Origin: Octopus sinensis
Lineage: Eukaryota
Reading direction: 5' to 3'
Length of the DNA: 64,000 nt
Assembly: GCF_006345805.1 (NCBI RefSeq)
Contig: NC_043002.1
Coordinates: 77,624,001 to 77,688,000 of the forward strand
Shown: positions 37,911 to 51,392 of the stretch, in pieces
Position numbering within the stretch: the stretch's first letter is position 1
Layout of the letters: every line of letters starts with the position of its first letter
The notes under the pieces: generated by a model
The model's database searches: none
What the model was told of the DNA's origin: nothing
What the model saw: only the letters and a program-made list of their open reading frames with translations
Program-made: the position numbers and the translations under genes

Positions 37911-38282
37911 AGGTGGACAAGCCATGTATTCACCTCTTCAGCAAGACACCTACTCCTGTCCTTCTTTCCTAGTTTCTTATCTCTCCATTCTATACTCCAC
38001 TCAGTTGAGGAGTCTCATCTTGCTGATACTTCGTGGCATCACCAGTGTTGGTGCATGTAAAATTCACTTGGTACACTCTGTGAAATGGTTGGCATTAGGA
38101 AGGAGGACATCCACTTGTGAAAACCATACCAAAGCAGATATAGAACTTGATGCATCCGTCTGGCTCATCTGTTCATGATGCACCAGCTAACCTATACCAG
38201 CATGGAAGCAAGGAACATTAAATGATGATGATGATAGATAGACAGACAGACAGATAGATATTATATATATATATATATACAT

Positions 38283-38600
38283 GAAGGCACATGGCTTAGT
38301 GGTAGGGCATTCAGCTCACAATCGTAAGGTCATGAGTTCAATTCCTGGCAATGTGTTGTGTCCTTGAGCAAGACACTTTATTTCATGTTGCTCCAGTCCA
38401 CTCAGCTGACAAAAATGAGTAGTAACTGTATTTCAAAAGGCCAGCCTTGTCACACTCTGTGTCACGCTGAATCTCCCAGAGAACTACATTAAGGGTACAC
38501 GTTCTGTGGTTTGCTCAGCCACTTGTACATTAATTTCACCATCAAGCTGTTCCATTGATCATATCAGCTGGGACCCTCGTCGTCGTAACTAACAGAGTGC
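38283..38600 (+). mobile_element. tRNA-derived SINE (family C)
   Basis: Head GGCACATGGCTTAGTGGTAGGG...GAGTTCAATTCC. The 3' end matches 1795-2173. Confidence 0.82.
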
Positions 38601-39089
38601 TCCTATATATACATATATGCATGTACGTATTTATGTATGTGTGTGTTTATCTCCCACATCTTGACAACTGGTATGAGTTTGTTTATACCTCTGTAATTTA
38701 GTAGTTTGGCTAAAAATGAGACCAATATAATAAGTACCAGATTTATATTAAAACAAGCACTACAATTCAATTGATCAACTAACAATATTGGTTCCAAATT
38801 TTGGCACAAGGTCAGCAATAGCAATTCCTGGGCAGGGGTTAAGTTGATTACATTGCCTCCAATGAGCAACTGATACATATTTTATATTGACCCTGAAACG
38901 GATGAAGGGTAAAACTGACATTGGTGGAATTGGAACTCAGAACATAAAGACAGACAAAATATCACAAAGCATTTTGCCCAGTATACTAACAATTCTGCCA
39001 GCTCGTCTCCTTACTTACTAGATATATTAAAGAACAAAGTTACATATGCACACATATTCATAAGCACACTCACACACACACATGCACGC

Positions 39090-39136
<47 letters not shown>

Positions 39137-39654
39137 TGTACATGCATATACACACACATGTGAACTTGCATTCCAGCAGACATTCAATAGTGCAAGAGTA
39201 GAAAAAATAAAGAGCAAAAATATTGCAATTCTCTAAGAAAACAGATGAGAAACTGCCTATAGTACAATAGATTCAACAAATTATTTAAACAGTGTGAATT
39301 TTGGTAAAATATTTCTAGAGTAGGGACCCAATTCTTTGGTACAGTACCCAAACCCATGTATACCTAAAGATTGTGGCACACCATTTGGAAACTACTTGGT
39401 ATCTTTTATCTTTTACTTTTTTCAGGCATTAGACTGTAGCCATGCTGGGGCACCACCTTGAAGAATTTTTATTTGAATAAATCGACCCTAGAACTTAATA
39501 TTTTTTGTAAAGCCTGGTACTTATTCTATCAGTCTGTTTTGCCAAACCAGTAAGTTACAGGAACATAAACACTGCTTGTTAAGCGGTGGTGGGGGATAAA
39601 GACAAACACACACAGTCACACACACAGTCACACACACACACCACACAACACACA

Positions 39655-39685
<31 letters not shown>

Positions 39686-39750
39686 CCACACACATACACA
39701 CACACACACACACCACACACACACACACACACACACCACACACACACACA

Positions 39751-39793
<43 letters not shown>

Positions 39794-41296
39794 GTGGCAC
39801 ATGAAAAACAACACTCGAGCAAGGTTGTTGCCAGTGCCGCTGGACTGGCTCCTGTGCAGGTGGCACATAAAAAAAAAAGCATTTGAGTGTGGCCATCACC
39901 AGTACTGCCTAAATCTTCCAAATCTTCTTACAAGGTTTTGGTTGGCCCAAGACTACAGTAAAATACACTTACCTAAGGTGTCATACAGTAGGACTGAACC
40001 TAGAACCATATGGTGGAAAGCAAACTTCTTACCACACAGTGACACCTGCACCAATGCGGAAGTCTCTGTAAAATTACTTGAGTTGTTAGAAATAGGAGCA
40101 AAAGATCTTTCAAACCATACTCTGCTGCCTTGAAAAAAAAATCTACATTTTTGTCAAAAGAACGGAATGTATCCATGACTTCTACACTCCTCTACACCAC
40201 CACTACATATATAAGATCTGAGAAAAACAGGTTGGTCATGACTGGAATGCCTTTGATTATAGGTCTGTCTACTCAATCAGGGTTGCTGAGGAGTTAAAGA
40301 AAAACTGAGGAAAATTAATTTTCTTCTTTCAAATGCTTACCAACTTCTAATAAAGCACAACGAAGAATATCCTGGCATTCTACATTGCAGGCAATGGTTC
40401 TCAAAAATCCTCTTTAAAACTTAAAAGGGAAAATGAGAAATTCAGATCTGTTCCAAGTACATTTATAAAAGTATGTACTGTGAATCCAGATAAGAATTGA
40501 AACTGAACCATAAATTCTGCTTGTTAAAGCCATACTTCAGTACCACGGTACCAATTACACAGAGAGAAATAAATATAATTTTGAAAGTTTAGTAAGATTA
40601 AAGAAGAAAAAGTAAATTATAATATTCTAGAACATAAAAGTCTTTGTCAATCAATTTATTGGATATTAAGATTTTCATTTCAAATTTGTTAAACACATGT
40701 TAAGTTATGTTAATATCTAAGAAATAGAATTAGTCACATCTGGATATCTATACGTGGGGAGCAGGCAAATAGATAAACAGGCATTTCTCTTTGGAAATAC
40801 AATTATAGCCTTGTACGAAATGGAAGGGGTAAAAATCTTGTGAATTTTTCATTCAACCAGAAAACTCCTTTTCCTAATGCCATTGGAACTAGACATAGAA
40901 TTTCACAAGAGAAAGAAAATAAACTATGACAGTCAAAACATGGAGAAACTTGAAGAAAGCAAACTGAAATGTGCTCTGTTTTGTTTCTGATAATAGACAC
41001 AGGCATGGCCACATAGTTAAGAAGTTTGTTTCACAACCATGTAGTCTCAGGTTCAATCCCACTTCATGCAAATGTTTTCTATCATAGCATTTCTGTTACA
41101 AGCATCATTTTATTCAATTAATCCTTTTAAAATGGCTGACGTAAATTTACACATGCAATGTACATGCTTTTAATTGGTCAATATAATTATACACCGCCTA
41201 ACTTAGAACCTGTTGCCTGAGTTAGTACCGCTACACCTGCCAACTGATAGGCCAATTAGATGTCTCGTGTAAATATTTACAAGCCGATAAGCTGGT

Positions 41297-41428
41297 CCTA
41301 CCACTCCAACTCTGTTAACTCCATTGTCACATCCTGTTTTGTCGAATTTACAATTGTCACATCCTACCACTCTGGCTCCGTCAACTTCATTGTCGCATCC
41401 TGTTTCATTGAATTTATAGTCGTCATAC
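41297..41428. repeat. Tandem duplication of a 66-bp unit
   Basis: CCTACCACTCCAACTCTGTT...TTGTCACAT followed by CCTACCACTCTGGCTCCGTC...TCGTCATAC, with internal ATTGTC(A/G)CATCCT sub-repeats. Confidence 0.85.
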
Positions 41429-41464
41429 CAAGCTACACCAAGCTCCACCTCCTCACCAGTTGTT

Positions 41465-41699
41465 TCTTATTTCTTTATTGCCCACAAGGGGCTAAACATA
41501 GAGGGGACAAACAAGGACAGACAAAGGGATTAAGTCGATAACATTGACCCCAGTGCATAACTGGTACTTAATTTATCTACCCCAAAAGGATGAAAGGCAA
41601 AGTCGACCTCAGTAGAATTTGAACTCAGAACGTAACGGTAGACGAAATACTGCTAAATATTTTGCCCGGCATGCTAACATTTCTACCAGCTTGCCGCCC
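41465..41699 (-). mobile_element. tRNA-derived SINE (family B)
   Basis: The reverse complement matches 27354-27585. Confidence 0.88.
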
Positions 41700-41734
41700 T
41701 TAGAAACAACGTCTGGAAGAAACAACCAGTTGTT

Positions 41735-42050
41735 TCTTCCAGATGATGACTTGGAGAGTGAGTATTTTCCTAGTTCAGAATCAGATGATTCCGATAGCAA
41801 TGATTATATTCTGGTGAATCAAAAGTACAGGCAGGCAGCAGTGAATAACCCTGGATAACAGAAAGTCATGTGGCAAGTGAGAAACAATTTCCTCTGACGG
41901 TATGGGTTTACTGGTACAAATGGCATAAAGGCAAACCTTGAACATGGAAGTTCGTCATTGGAAATCTTCCACAAGTTTTTGACGGATGAAGTGTTCCAAT
42001 ATATATAGCAGACGAAACAAATGAGTGCCAGATCTTTGTTTGAAACAGTG
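41735..42050 (+). mobile_element. piggyBac transposase N-terminal remnant
   Basis: Acidic leader DDDLESEYFPSSESDDSDS, then FTGTNGIKANLEHGSSSLEIFHKFLTDEVFQYI/ADETN, resembling the piggyBac FTG..G....P.D.F.LF.TD......ETN motif. One frameshift. Confidence 0.7.
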
Positions 42051-42069
42051 CCAATTTGACCATCTAGAT

Positions 42070-42291
42070 CAGTGGTTCTCAACCATTTTTACCAATGGAC
42101 CCCTTTAATTTTTATTCTATTCTACTGGACCCTCATAGCATTCGATGTTTTAAAAAATCCTATTATATTTTTATAATTGAATATTATTAGAGACTATGTT
42201 AAAAAAAAAACTGTTAAAAATATTTAGTGCATTGTAGAAGTGTAACCAGTTTATTGCACATACGTTTTTGGATCCTGGGTGAGAACCACTG
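42070..42291. mobile_element. hAT (Charlie-type) MITE
   Basis: TIR CAGTGGTTCTCAACC / GGTGAGAACCACTG. TSD ATCTAGAT/ATCAAGAT fits the Charlie NTCTAGAN target. Confidence 0.88.
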
Positions 42292-42329
42292 ATCAAGATG
42301 TTCCAATCTTTTGTTCATATTTCTTGTTG

Positions 42330-42545
42330 GGATTAGACTAAGTAAAACTTCATAAGGCTTTCAAATTATGCATGCTCATTTCGTAGCACTTCAAATTCTT
42401 CACTCTCCATTCCACTCTCTAGATTTGCCAGTGCTCATGTTGTCCATCTCCAAGTAGTCCTTGCATCTCTTGATTTTTACACCCACCCTTCGACTTTCTT
42501 CAAATTTGCCAGCATCCTTATAGTCTGCAATATCTTCAAGCAATA
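42330..42545 (-). mobile_element. Highly decayed RTE ORF2 C-terminal fragment
   Basis: Minus-strand pieces KRCKDYL...EEFEVLRNEHA resemble the region upstream of the fingers at 13343 and 15030. Confidence 0.4.
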
Positions 42546-43359
42546 TCTCCCAATAAGCGTTTGTTTCGCTTTGTAACATACTCTTCCTTTCCCTTATTCT
42601 TTCCTACTCTCTCTTTCTCTTTCTCTCTCTTAATCTTTTCTTTCATTACCATCAAAAAAATAAAACATACTTCTCCAATAAAGGATTCAGATCAAAATGC
42701 TAAATTTTTCATCTTGTTCACAGCAAACCAATTCATTTCACTTTTAAAATGTTTAATACTCACTAATTGCCAACACAGAACCATAACTAATTTCTTCATA
42801 CCATACTGTTTACTGCATTAGTCTGTAGAAAAATTTGTCAGTTCTGTATAACTTCCATAAATTATGATTTCACTTCATTTAATTTTTAATTCTGAAATGA
42901 ACTTTCATAAATTTTTTTTTTCCATTTGATTTAATTCTTAATTTTTATCTAACGCACTATCGATTTGTCCAAGCCTGCCACCCCCAACCTTCTCTCTCTT
43001 GCAATTACATTGATGCTACATTTAATTATCATCATTATCAAGATAATAATAATAATAATAATAATAATAATATAATAATAATAATAATAATGGTGATGAT
43101 ATTTTCAGATTTTACCACAAGGGCAGCCATTTTGGGAGAGGGGATAAGTCAATTGCATCGATCCCAGTGTTTCACTAGTACTTAATTTATCGACCCCGAA
43201 AAGATGAAAGACAAAGTCAACCTCAGCAGAATTTGAACTCAGAGTGTAACGACGGGTGAAATACTACTAAGCATTCTACTACTAAGCATTCTACTACAAG
43301 CACAAGGTCTGAAATTTTGTTGGGAAGGAGCTAGTTGATTATATCAATGCATAACGATA

Positions 43360-43668
43360 AACGTCGCCCTTTTCAAGCCTAGCCAGGCTCATGGGCCTAG
43401 TTTCCCAGTTTCTGTGGCATATGTGCTCCCCCCAGCTGGACGGGACACCAGTCCATCGCAACGTCACTCAAGAAACAGGAAGAGAGAGTGAGAGAAAGTT
43501 GTGGTGAAAGAATACAACAGGGGTCACCACCACCCCTTACCGGAGCCTCATGGAGCTTTTTTAGGTGTTTTCGTTCAATAAACACACACAATGCCCAGTC
43601 TGGGAATCAAAACAGTGAACCTCCGACCGCGAGTCTGCTGCCCTAACCACTGGGCCATCGCACCTCCA
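43360..43668 (-). mobile_element. tRNA-derived SINE (family C-related)
   Basis: The head is the reverse complement of GGAGGTGCGATGGCCCAGTGGTTAGGGCAGC, and the body matches 1795-1985. A related copy lies at 57560-57795. Confidence 0.8.
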
Positions 43669-43888
43669 CATATCAACCCATGCTCAACCAGTATTTATTT
43701 TACCAGTCTATGTTTGACTGGTACTTATTTTATCGACCCCAAAAATATGCAAGGCAAAATTGACCTTGGTGGCATTTGAACTCAGAACATAAAGCTGGAA
43801 AAAACACCACTAAACATTTTGTCTAGCTTGCTAATGATTCTGCCAGCTTTCAGGATTGTAATGAAAGAGGAAGAAAAACAATAACAAA

Positions 43889-44215
43889 AAATACAATCCC
43901 TTAAAATTTGAAATAGGAAGAATTTGGAGCTTGAGAGAAGTAAAGGTTATGCCTATAATAACTGGTATGTTGGGGACAGTAAGCAAAGATATGGACAAAT
44001 GGCTGAAGGAGATTGGAATAGAATGCTGGTAGAGCTCCTACAGAAAGTTTGTCTCTTAGGGACAAAAAGGATTATCAGAAGGGTTCTAAGCACTTGAAAG
44101 ACTGCTGAAAACGTGTGGATACCTAAGGTTACAGGTAGTAACCAACTCCTTATATAAGTCCTACCAGGAATAAGATAAAATCTGAAACAAACCAAATTAA
44201 TAATAATAATAATAA
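43889..44215 (+). mobile_element. R4/Dong-like non-LTR element 3' end (RLE-domain C-terminus), 3' UTR and (TAA)n
   Basis: KYNPLKFEIGRIWSLREVKVMPIITGMLGTVSKDMDKWLKEIGI/VELLQKVCLLGTKRIIRRVLST*. Confidence 0.75.
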
Positions 44216-44480
44216 TATCAAGATTTGCTGATCAAAATCGAAAAGATGGGGCATGTTAAGACAATTACAATACCAGTGATTGTAGGAGCACTTGGAATGA
44301 TCAAAAAAGGATCTGAAAACTATTTGAGGATAATCCCTGGATTACCATCCATGCAGGAGGTGCAAAAGATTGTCTTAACTGGTATGTCACACATATTGAG
44401 AAGAGCATTGTCGCTGTGAATTTTCTTTGCTTACATTTTTTCATTTTTCTTTTTCTCTGTTTTTCTTCCCCTTTTTTCTC
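44216..44480 (+). mobile_element. Second R4/Dong-like 3' fragment of a different subfamily, directly after the (TAA)n
   Basis: YQDLLIKIEKMGHVKTITIPVIVGALGMIKKGSENYLRIIPGLPSMQEVQKIVLTGMSHILRRALSL*. Confidence 0.8.
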
Positions 44481-45489
44481 CATCCTGTGACTTTGTAAAT
44501 GAACAATCTGGTGTCTTTATTTTAATGGCCTACCAATGTATACCATGAGTTTCTCTGCCCTAGGTGTCGGGTAGACACTCAGCAAGAAATGGAAACAAAA
44601 TCGAAAGAAGATGATAATGATAATGATGATGATTTCAAATTTTGGCACAAAGCCAGCAAGTCCAGGGAGAGGGTTAAGTCGATTAGATCAACTGCAGTGT
44701 TTAACTGGTATTGAATGAACCACAAACGAATGAAAAGTAAAGTTGACCTCAGCAGAAATTGAACCCAGGACATAAATATGGATGAAATGCCACTAAGCAT
44801 TTTGCCCATTGTGTTTATGATTCAGCCACCTTAATAATAACAATAATAATGATGAACTCTCCTGTCAAAGATGACACATGAGTGTTCAGCTTTTACCAAA
44901 TGACCTGCACAAATGATTTGCTTATAGTAATCAAATGCATGTCTCAAACATTAGCTCACGCCTTCCATCAAATCAATGTTGCTTGAACAGGTGCACGGTG
45001 TACCACACACCAAGTGTCGAAGTGGCCACAGTGCCACATGAGATGAATTGTTTTGTTCAAGAACATAACACACCACCCAGTCCAAGAACTGAAACCACGA
45101 ACTTGCAAACAGGAGTGCGACACCCTACATACTAGGCCAAATGATAATAATGCTTTTTATTATTAGCCACAAGGGCTCAAGACATGGAGGATAATATCGA
45201 AGAGCAGGTTACAGCACACAAAAATAAAACAAATAATATACATAAACAGGAGGGGTTTACATCAATCAAAGGCAGATACTACCACATTAAAGTATATACA
45301 GAGAATATCTAATCGAAATTTGAGAAATAAATGACGGTGTCTGGCCTAGTAGTTAGGGTGTTGCAGTCACGAATGTGAGATTGTGGTTTCAATTCCTAGA
45401 CTGGGTGGTATGTTGAGTTCTTGAGCAAAACACTTCATCTCATGTTACTCTGTGGTCACTTCACCACCCAATGTGTGGTACTCCATGTG

Positions 45490-45590
45490 GGATCTGGACA
45501 AAAGCCCCCCTAGGACAAAAGCTGCCCAGGACAAAAGCCCCCTAGGACAAAAGCCCCCTGGGACAAAAGCCCCCTAGGACAAAAGCCTCA
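45490..45590 (+). repeat. Six tandem 16-bp units GGACAAAAGCCCCCT(A/G), probably a DNA-transposon subterminal array
   Basis: Starts GGATCT-GGACAAAAGCC and truncates a SINE at about 45340-45488. No matching opposite end was found. Confidence 0.8.
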
Positions 45591-46197
45591 CAGTTATATA
45601 AATATATAATAAATTTTTAAATAATTAGAATCCCTAAATAATCATTTAATGCATGGCTTCTATGTTGACATGGGTTTGAGATTTTGTCAGGACATGAAGA
45701 GTTAGCAGACAGATTCATGCACCAGTGACTACTTTGGCAAAGTGTCTATGATTGGATGTCTTTCCTAACACCAATATTTGAGCTTAACTAATAAAAGAAG
45801 GGTCTCTGCCAGAGTTTTATTCATATTTAGTTTATGCTTTGTTCAGAAGAGAACAGTCCGTACTCCTGATCTTCACAGACCCTTACAGACTGTGTTGGGG
45901 AGCGGGGTTAATACGGTCAATTAAGCATTCCTATAAAGCCTCGTCATAATCATCATCATCGTCATCATCAGCATCATCATTTAATATCCCCTTCTCTGTG
46001 CTTGCTGGGTCAGAAGGAAATTGTTGAGGCAGATTTCCTACAGCCAGATGCCCCACCTACCACCAACTGTCACCTGCTTCCAGGAGCAAGGTAATGCTTC
46101 CCCATGGCCAAACATGATTTAAAAGAAGACTTGAAATGAAAAACAAGCATACACACAATCACACACACAATCACACACATAAACACTCACATACATG

Positions 46198-46332
46198 TAC
46201 AGGTAGTAACCCACTCCTCATATAAGTCCTACCAGAAATAAGATCAAATCTGAACCAAACCAAATTAATAATAATAATAATATCAAGATTTGCTGATCAA
46301 AATCGAAATGATGTGGCATCTCAAGACAGTTA
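46198..46332 (+). repeat. Second copy of the R4 3' UTR-(TAA)n-R4 junction
   Basis: Matches 44130-44265 across the junction (ACAGGTAGTAACC...CAAATTAATAATAAT...ATCAAGATTTGCTGATCAAAATCGAAA). Confidence 0.9.
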
Positions 46333-46592
46333 TATATACATATGTGTGTATGTATCTATCTATTTATCTATCTATCAATATATATACCCTTATTCAATTT
46401 TATTTCAAGATTCCTTGCCAATAGAGAGAGAGCCAGTTTCTAACTTAGATCCAAGGCTCCTTCATTGGAATTTCAACATCAACAACAGAGTATTTTTGTA
46501 TTTGTGCATGTATGTATGTATGTATGTATGTATGTATGTATGTATGTATGTATGTATGTATGTATGTATGTATGTATGTATGTATGTATGCA

Positions 46593-46810
46593 CAGTAATC
46601 CCTCGATTGGGTATTATGTTCCAAAACCCCCTGAGATAGGCAAAAATCCATGAAGTAGAAACAGTACTGAACTGTATATTTTTAAAAATTATTTTTATAA
46701 TTTGTATATATCTACTTTATTATAAATGCAAAACAATACCATGGAGGAATCGGCATAAGCTTAAATAATAAACCGCAATAGGTGAACCACAATATGGCAA
46801 GGGATTACTG
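46593..46810. mobile_element. Tigger/pogo-type MITE inserted in (TATG)n
   Basis: TIR CAGTAATCCCTCG / CAAGGGATTACTG, flanked by CA on both sides. Confidence 0.8.
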
Positions 46811-46994
46811 CATGTATGTATATGTGCAGATTCATATGTTTTGTTTTGTGTATGAATTCTCATATATATGAGCATATCTAGACATACTCATATATACTTA
46901 AATGATAAACTTCTGGAAAGTTTTATAGATTTTTACAGCTCCAGTGATGGATTGGATCTGTAGTCTTTGAATCAGCTTTCTCCTTTCTGGTTTT

Positions 46995-46998
46995 GATG

Positions 46999-47032
<34 letters not shown>

Positions 47033-47046
47033 TGTATGTATGTATG

Positions 47047-47077
<31 letters not shown>

Positions 47078-47099
47078 TGTATGTATGTATGTATGTATG

Positions 47100-47130
<31 letters not shown>

Positions 47131-47284
47131 GTATGTATGTATGAATGTATGTACGTGTGTATGTATATGTGCATGTATGTATGTATAGACAGATAGATAG
47201 ATAGGTAGATAGATAGATAGACAGACAGATAGATAGATAGATAAACAGACATACAGATAGACAGACAGAGACAGACAGACAGAC

Positions 47285-47375
<91 letters not shown>
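46995..47375. repeat. (TATG)n followed by (GATA/GACA)n
   Basis: Directly visible. Confidence 0.95.
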
Positions 47376-50300
47376 CATGACAGGTTTCTTCCAGTTTCCA
47401 GCTACCAAATCCATTCACAAGGATTTGGTTCGCTCAGGGCAATAGTAGAAGATGCTTGCCCAAGGTGTTATGCCATGGGATTGAACCATGAATTATGTGA
47501 TTGGAGAGTGAACTTCCTAACCACATAGCCAAGTTTGAGTGCACAAGAAGTGACAGAAATGATAGAGTGCTAAGCTGTATTCCCTGAGGTATTTCATCAC
47601 TCCATTTTGGAAAACAGACATTCAAGAAATATTCAAGATTTACAAATACTTTGAGACAATGTTCTAAGAAGACATTTGCAGACTCTTGTATTACCATTAC
47701 CTTTTGTACATGAAAAATCCCAACCCAAATGTCTTTGAAAATATTTCTTCTTTTTTTTACCATCACTCAACTTCATTATCAATCATCATTATTTCCATCA
47801 TCACCACCCCTCGCATCATCACTCTTATTGTCATTGCTATTGGCATCTCATCATCAGTAATGGAGGTGGTGCTGGGTGTGGTGGCAGGGATGGTAGTGAT
47901 AGCAGCAGAGGTAATGGCATGAGTAGCAGTAGCAGCTGTAGCAGTAGTGGTAGAAGCAACAGCAGTAGCAGCAGCTGTAGTAGTGGCAGTAGCATTAGTA
48001 GTAGCGGCAGCAGCAGCAGTGACAGCAACAGTAGCAGTCATAGCAGAGGTAATAGTAGCAATGGCAGCAGCAGCAGTAGTAGTAGTAGCAGTGGTAGAAG
48101 CAACAGTAGTGGCAGCTGCAGCAGTTGTAGCAGAGGGAATGGTAGCAGTGGTGACAGCAGCAGTGATAGCAGCAATAGTGGCAGTAGCAGTAGTAGTTGC
48201 ATCATTAGTGACACCATCATTACTTCATCATCATTATGATTACCATCAGCAGCAGCAGCAAAAGAGGCATCAGCATATCATCATCACCATCTTCATCATC
48301 ATCATCATAATTGTCAGCATCATCAACACAATTGGTGTCAGTGTTGTTATCTTCATCATCAACACCATCAGCATCACTATCATTATCATCATCAGCAGCA
48401 ACATTGTCATCATCATCATCATCATCATCATCATCTTTGTCGTCATCATCATCATCATCATCATCATCTTTGTCGTCATCATCATCATCATCATCATCAT
48501 CTTTGTCGTCATCATCATCAGGCATGTTTTTTTGTTGTATTTTGGGTTTTTTTGTTTTGTTTTGTGGTTTTTTTTTTAACAGATTAAAGAAAAGAAGAAT
48601 GGACAGTGTCTGTAACCTTTGCAGGTCATCCTCCCAGATCGGTGTGATTGATACGGCTAATGTTCAGTTTGAACGTCTATAAATTGTTGATTACAAGAAA
48701 ATCATGAAGGTGAAGGAATTACAGAAAACGAGAGTGTGGGGAAAATTATTTCATGGGTGATGGGTCTGGCAGTGGGGAGACAAAGCAAGGAGGAGATAAG
48801 TGGATCACATGGGTCTGGGTTGTTATTATTGTTAGTGTTGATGTCGTTTAGCCCCAGGTTAGTCCTGATCAAGCAAACATATGATCAAAGACATTCTAAC
48901 AGTGAACATTGCTGTCTTTTTTACTAATAAGCAAAGCTCTTCGTACAACATTATTTAACGAATCCTTCCTAATTTGGTAGAATTTGAAGGAGATTTGGCT
49001 ACTACTCTTAGCAGGTTGGGTGATGACAAAGAAAATGCCTTGTTAGTTTGCATAGGCATCAATGGAGAGAATGAATATAGCAAGCTAGTTCCTCTTATTT
49101 AACCTTTTAGTACAAAAAATAACCATGCCATAGCTTACTCAAAGTATTCTCAGCTGAGTTCAAAAAACAACTAGATTAGATTAATAAGGTGATGGTGATT
49201 CATCATCATCATCATTTAAAGTCCATCTTCCATGCTGGCATGGGTTGGACAGTTTGACAGAAGCTGGCAAGGCCAAGGGCCACACCAGGTTCCATAGTCT
49301 GTTTGGCCTAGTTTCTACAGCTGGATGCCCTTCCTAATGCTACCCACTTTACAGAGAGTCCTGGATACTTTTTACATGGCACCATTACCAGTGCTTTTTA
49401 TGTGGCATCATCAACTTTGTCTTTCACATGGCACCAGCACTAGTTTCTTTTATGTGGCACCAACACTCTTTTACATGGCACCAAGATTTTAGGATATTAA
49501 TTCTGTTGTAGTGGATGGGTCTTCTTGAGTACAGCAATACACAATATATTTCAGTCTTTTATCATCTCCTTAAGGCTCAACATTTGTTGCTGTTATTTAA
49601 ACCCCATGTTGGTCCTGATTAAATAGATCAAAGGCAGTTTAACTATGACCACTAGTTTTTCTTACAAGCATACTCTATCTAAGACTATATTCAGCCACTT
49701 CTATTTCTCTTACTTTCCCACTCTACTGATATTTACCATCAACTACACCTTTACTCCTTTTCATTATTCATTACATTCACCTTTAGTTTGATTTCTACCC
49801 ATCTACCACTCTCCTTCTACACACCTATGAAATTACCCACCCTTTTCTTCGATCCTGACCCACAATCTATATTAGTGATTCTCAACCTTTTTGATAACTG
49901 AGCCAGATAAGGCAGTGAGCTGGCAGAAATGTTAGTTCACTGGGTAAAATGCTTAGCAGCATTTCATATTTTTTTGTTCCAAGATCAAATTCCACCAAAA
50001 TTGACTTTACCTTTCATCCTTTCAGGGTTAATAAAATAAGTACCAGTTGAGCACTGGAGTTGATGTAATCAACTTACTCTCTCCTACCGAAACTCCTGGC
50101 TTTGTGTCAAAATTTGAAGACAATATCTGGACCAGATACAAAACCTAGATTTTTTTTAAAGGGCTGCACAAAAGAAAGTAAAACACAAGTCAATTAATCC
50201 TTTTGTTTCCATATTTATTTTGAGATGCTCTGTGTTTTTTTTCAATAAATTTTAAATATAACAAAGAATTTAGTAAAATAACTTAGTTATCATATAAATT

Positions 50301-51268
50301 GTGGCTAAGGTTTGGTGAACGATATTAATTCAAATCTTATGAAAACAAGACATTTGTACTACAGAGCTAGAGGTGGTTTCAGCTGGGTTGATATTGAAAG
50401 AGTTAAAGAAAGATTTGTTATATTTATAGAAGGAAGACCATTAAGGGCCACTGTAAGAATGCTTGAAGGCTGCATGCAACCCTAGGATCCAGAGCTGAGA
50501 ACTGTTTGTTTATATTCTCCCATATACTCACCTTCTTGTACCTTGAAAGTATGCTCTGACACCCCTCGGTACCATCGTTACCTCCCTCCCAGATACTCTC
50601 ATTCACCATTATCTAATGCAAGCAAACCATGTATCTTCTCTATAGCAGCACACCTGTATTTGTTCCTTTATAATATTTTTGATCCCCAACACCATGCATA
50701 AAAGCCAACCACCAACTCTCTTTCAAATGCACTTCCACTCAGCCAAAAGGGCTTCTTCCATTTCCTTTTCTTACTTTGTCTTGCAAGTTACATGGTGACC
50801 TCACTAGTGCTGGTGCCATGAAAAAAATAAAGCACCCAGTACACATCTTAACAGGGGTTTCTGTTAGGAAGGGCATCCAACTGAAGAAACAATGTGAAAG
50901 TTGACAATGGGACCTGACACAGCTCTGCTGCTTGCATGAACCCTGTCAAACTCCAACCCTAGCCAGCATGAAATACAAGTGTTTGATGATGATGCTGGTG
51001 GTGGTGGTGGTGGTGGTGGTAGCAGTGGCAGTGATGGTGGTGGTAATGATGATGGTTATGAAGATGATGATGGTGGTGGTGATAATGATAATGATGATGA
51101 CGATGCTGGCGATGATGTACCTTTACTTTCGTATAGGACTTTAAAGACAGTACACTGTGATATGAGGGGAAAGTTTTGGCTGTTATTTTTATTTTTGACA
51201 AGATGAGCAGCCATATATTTACATATATGTGTGTGTGTATACATACATACACACACTCACACACACAC

Positions 51269-51392
<124 letters not shown>

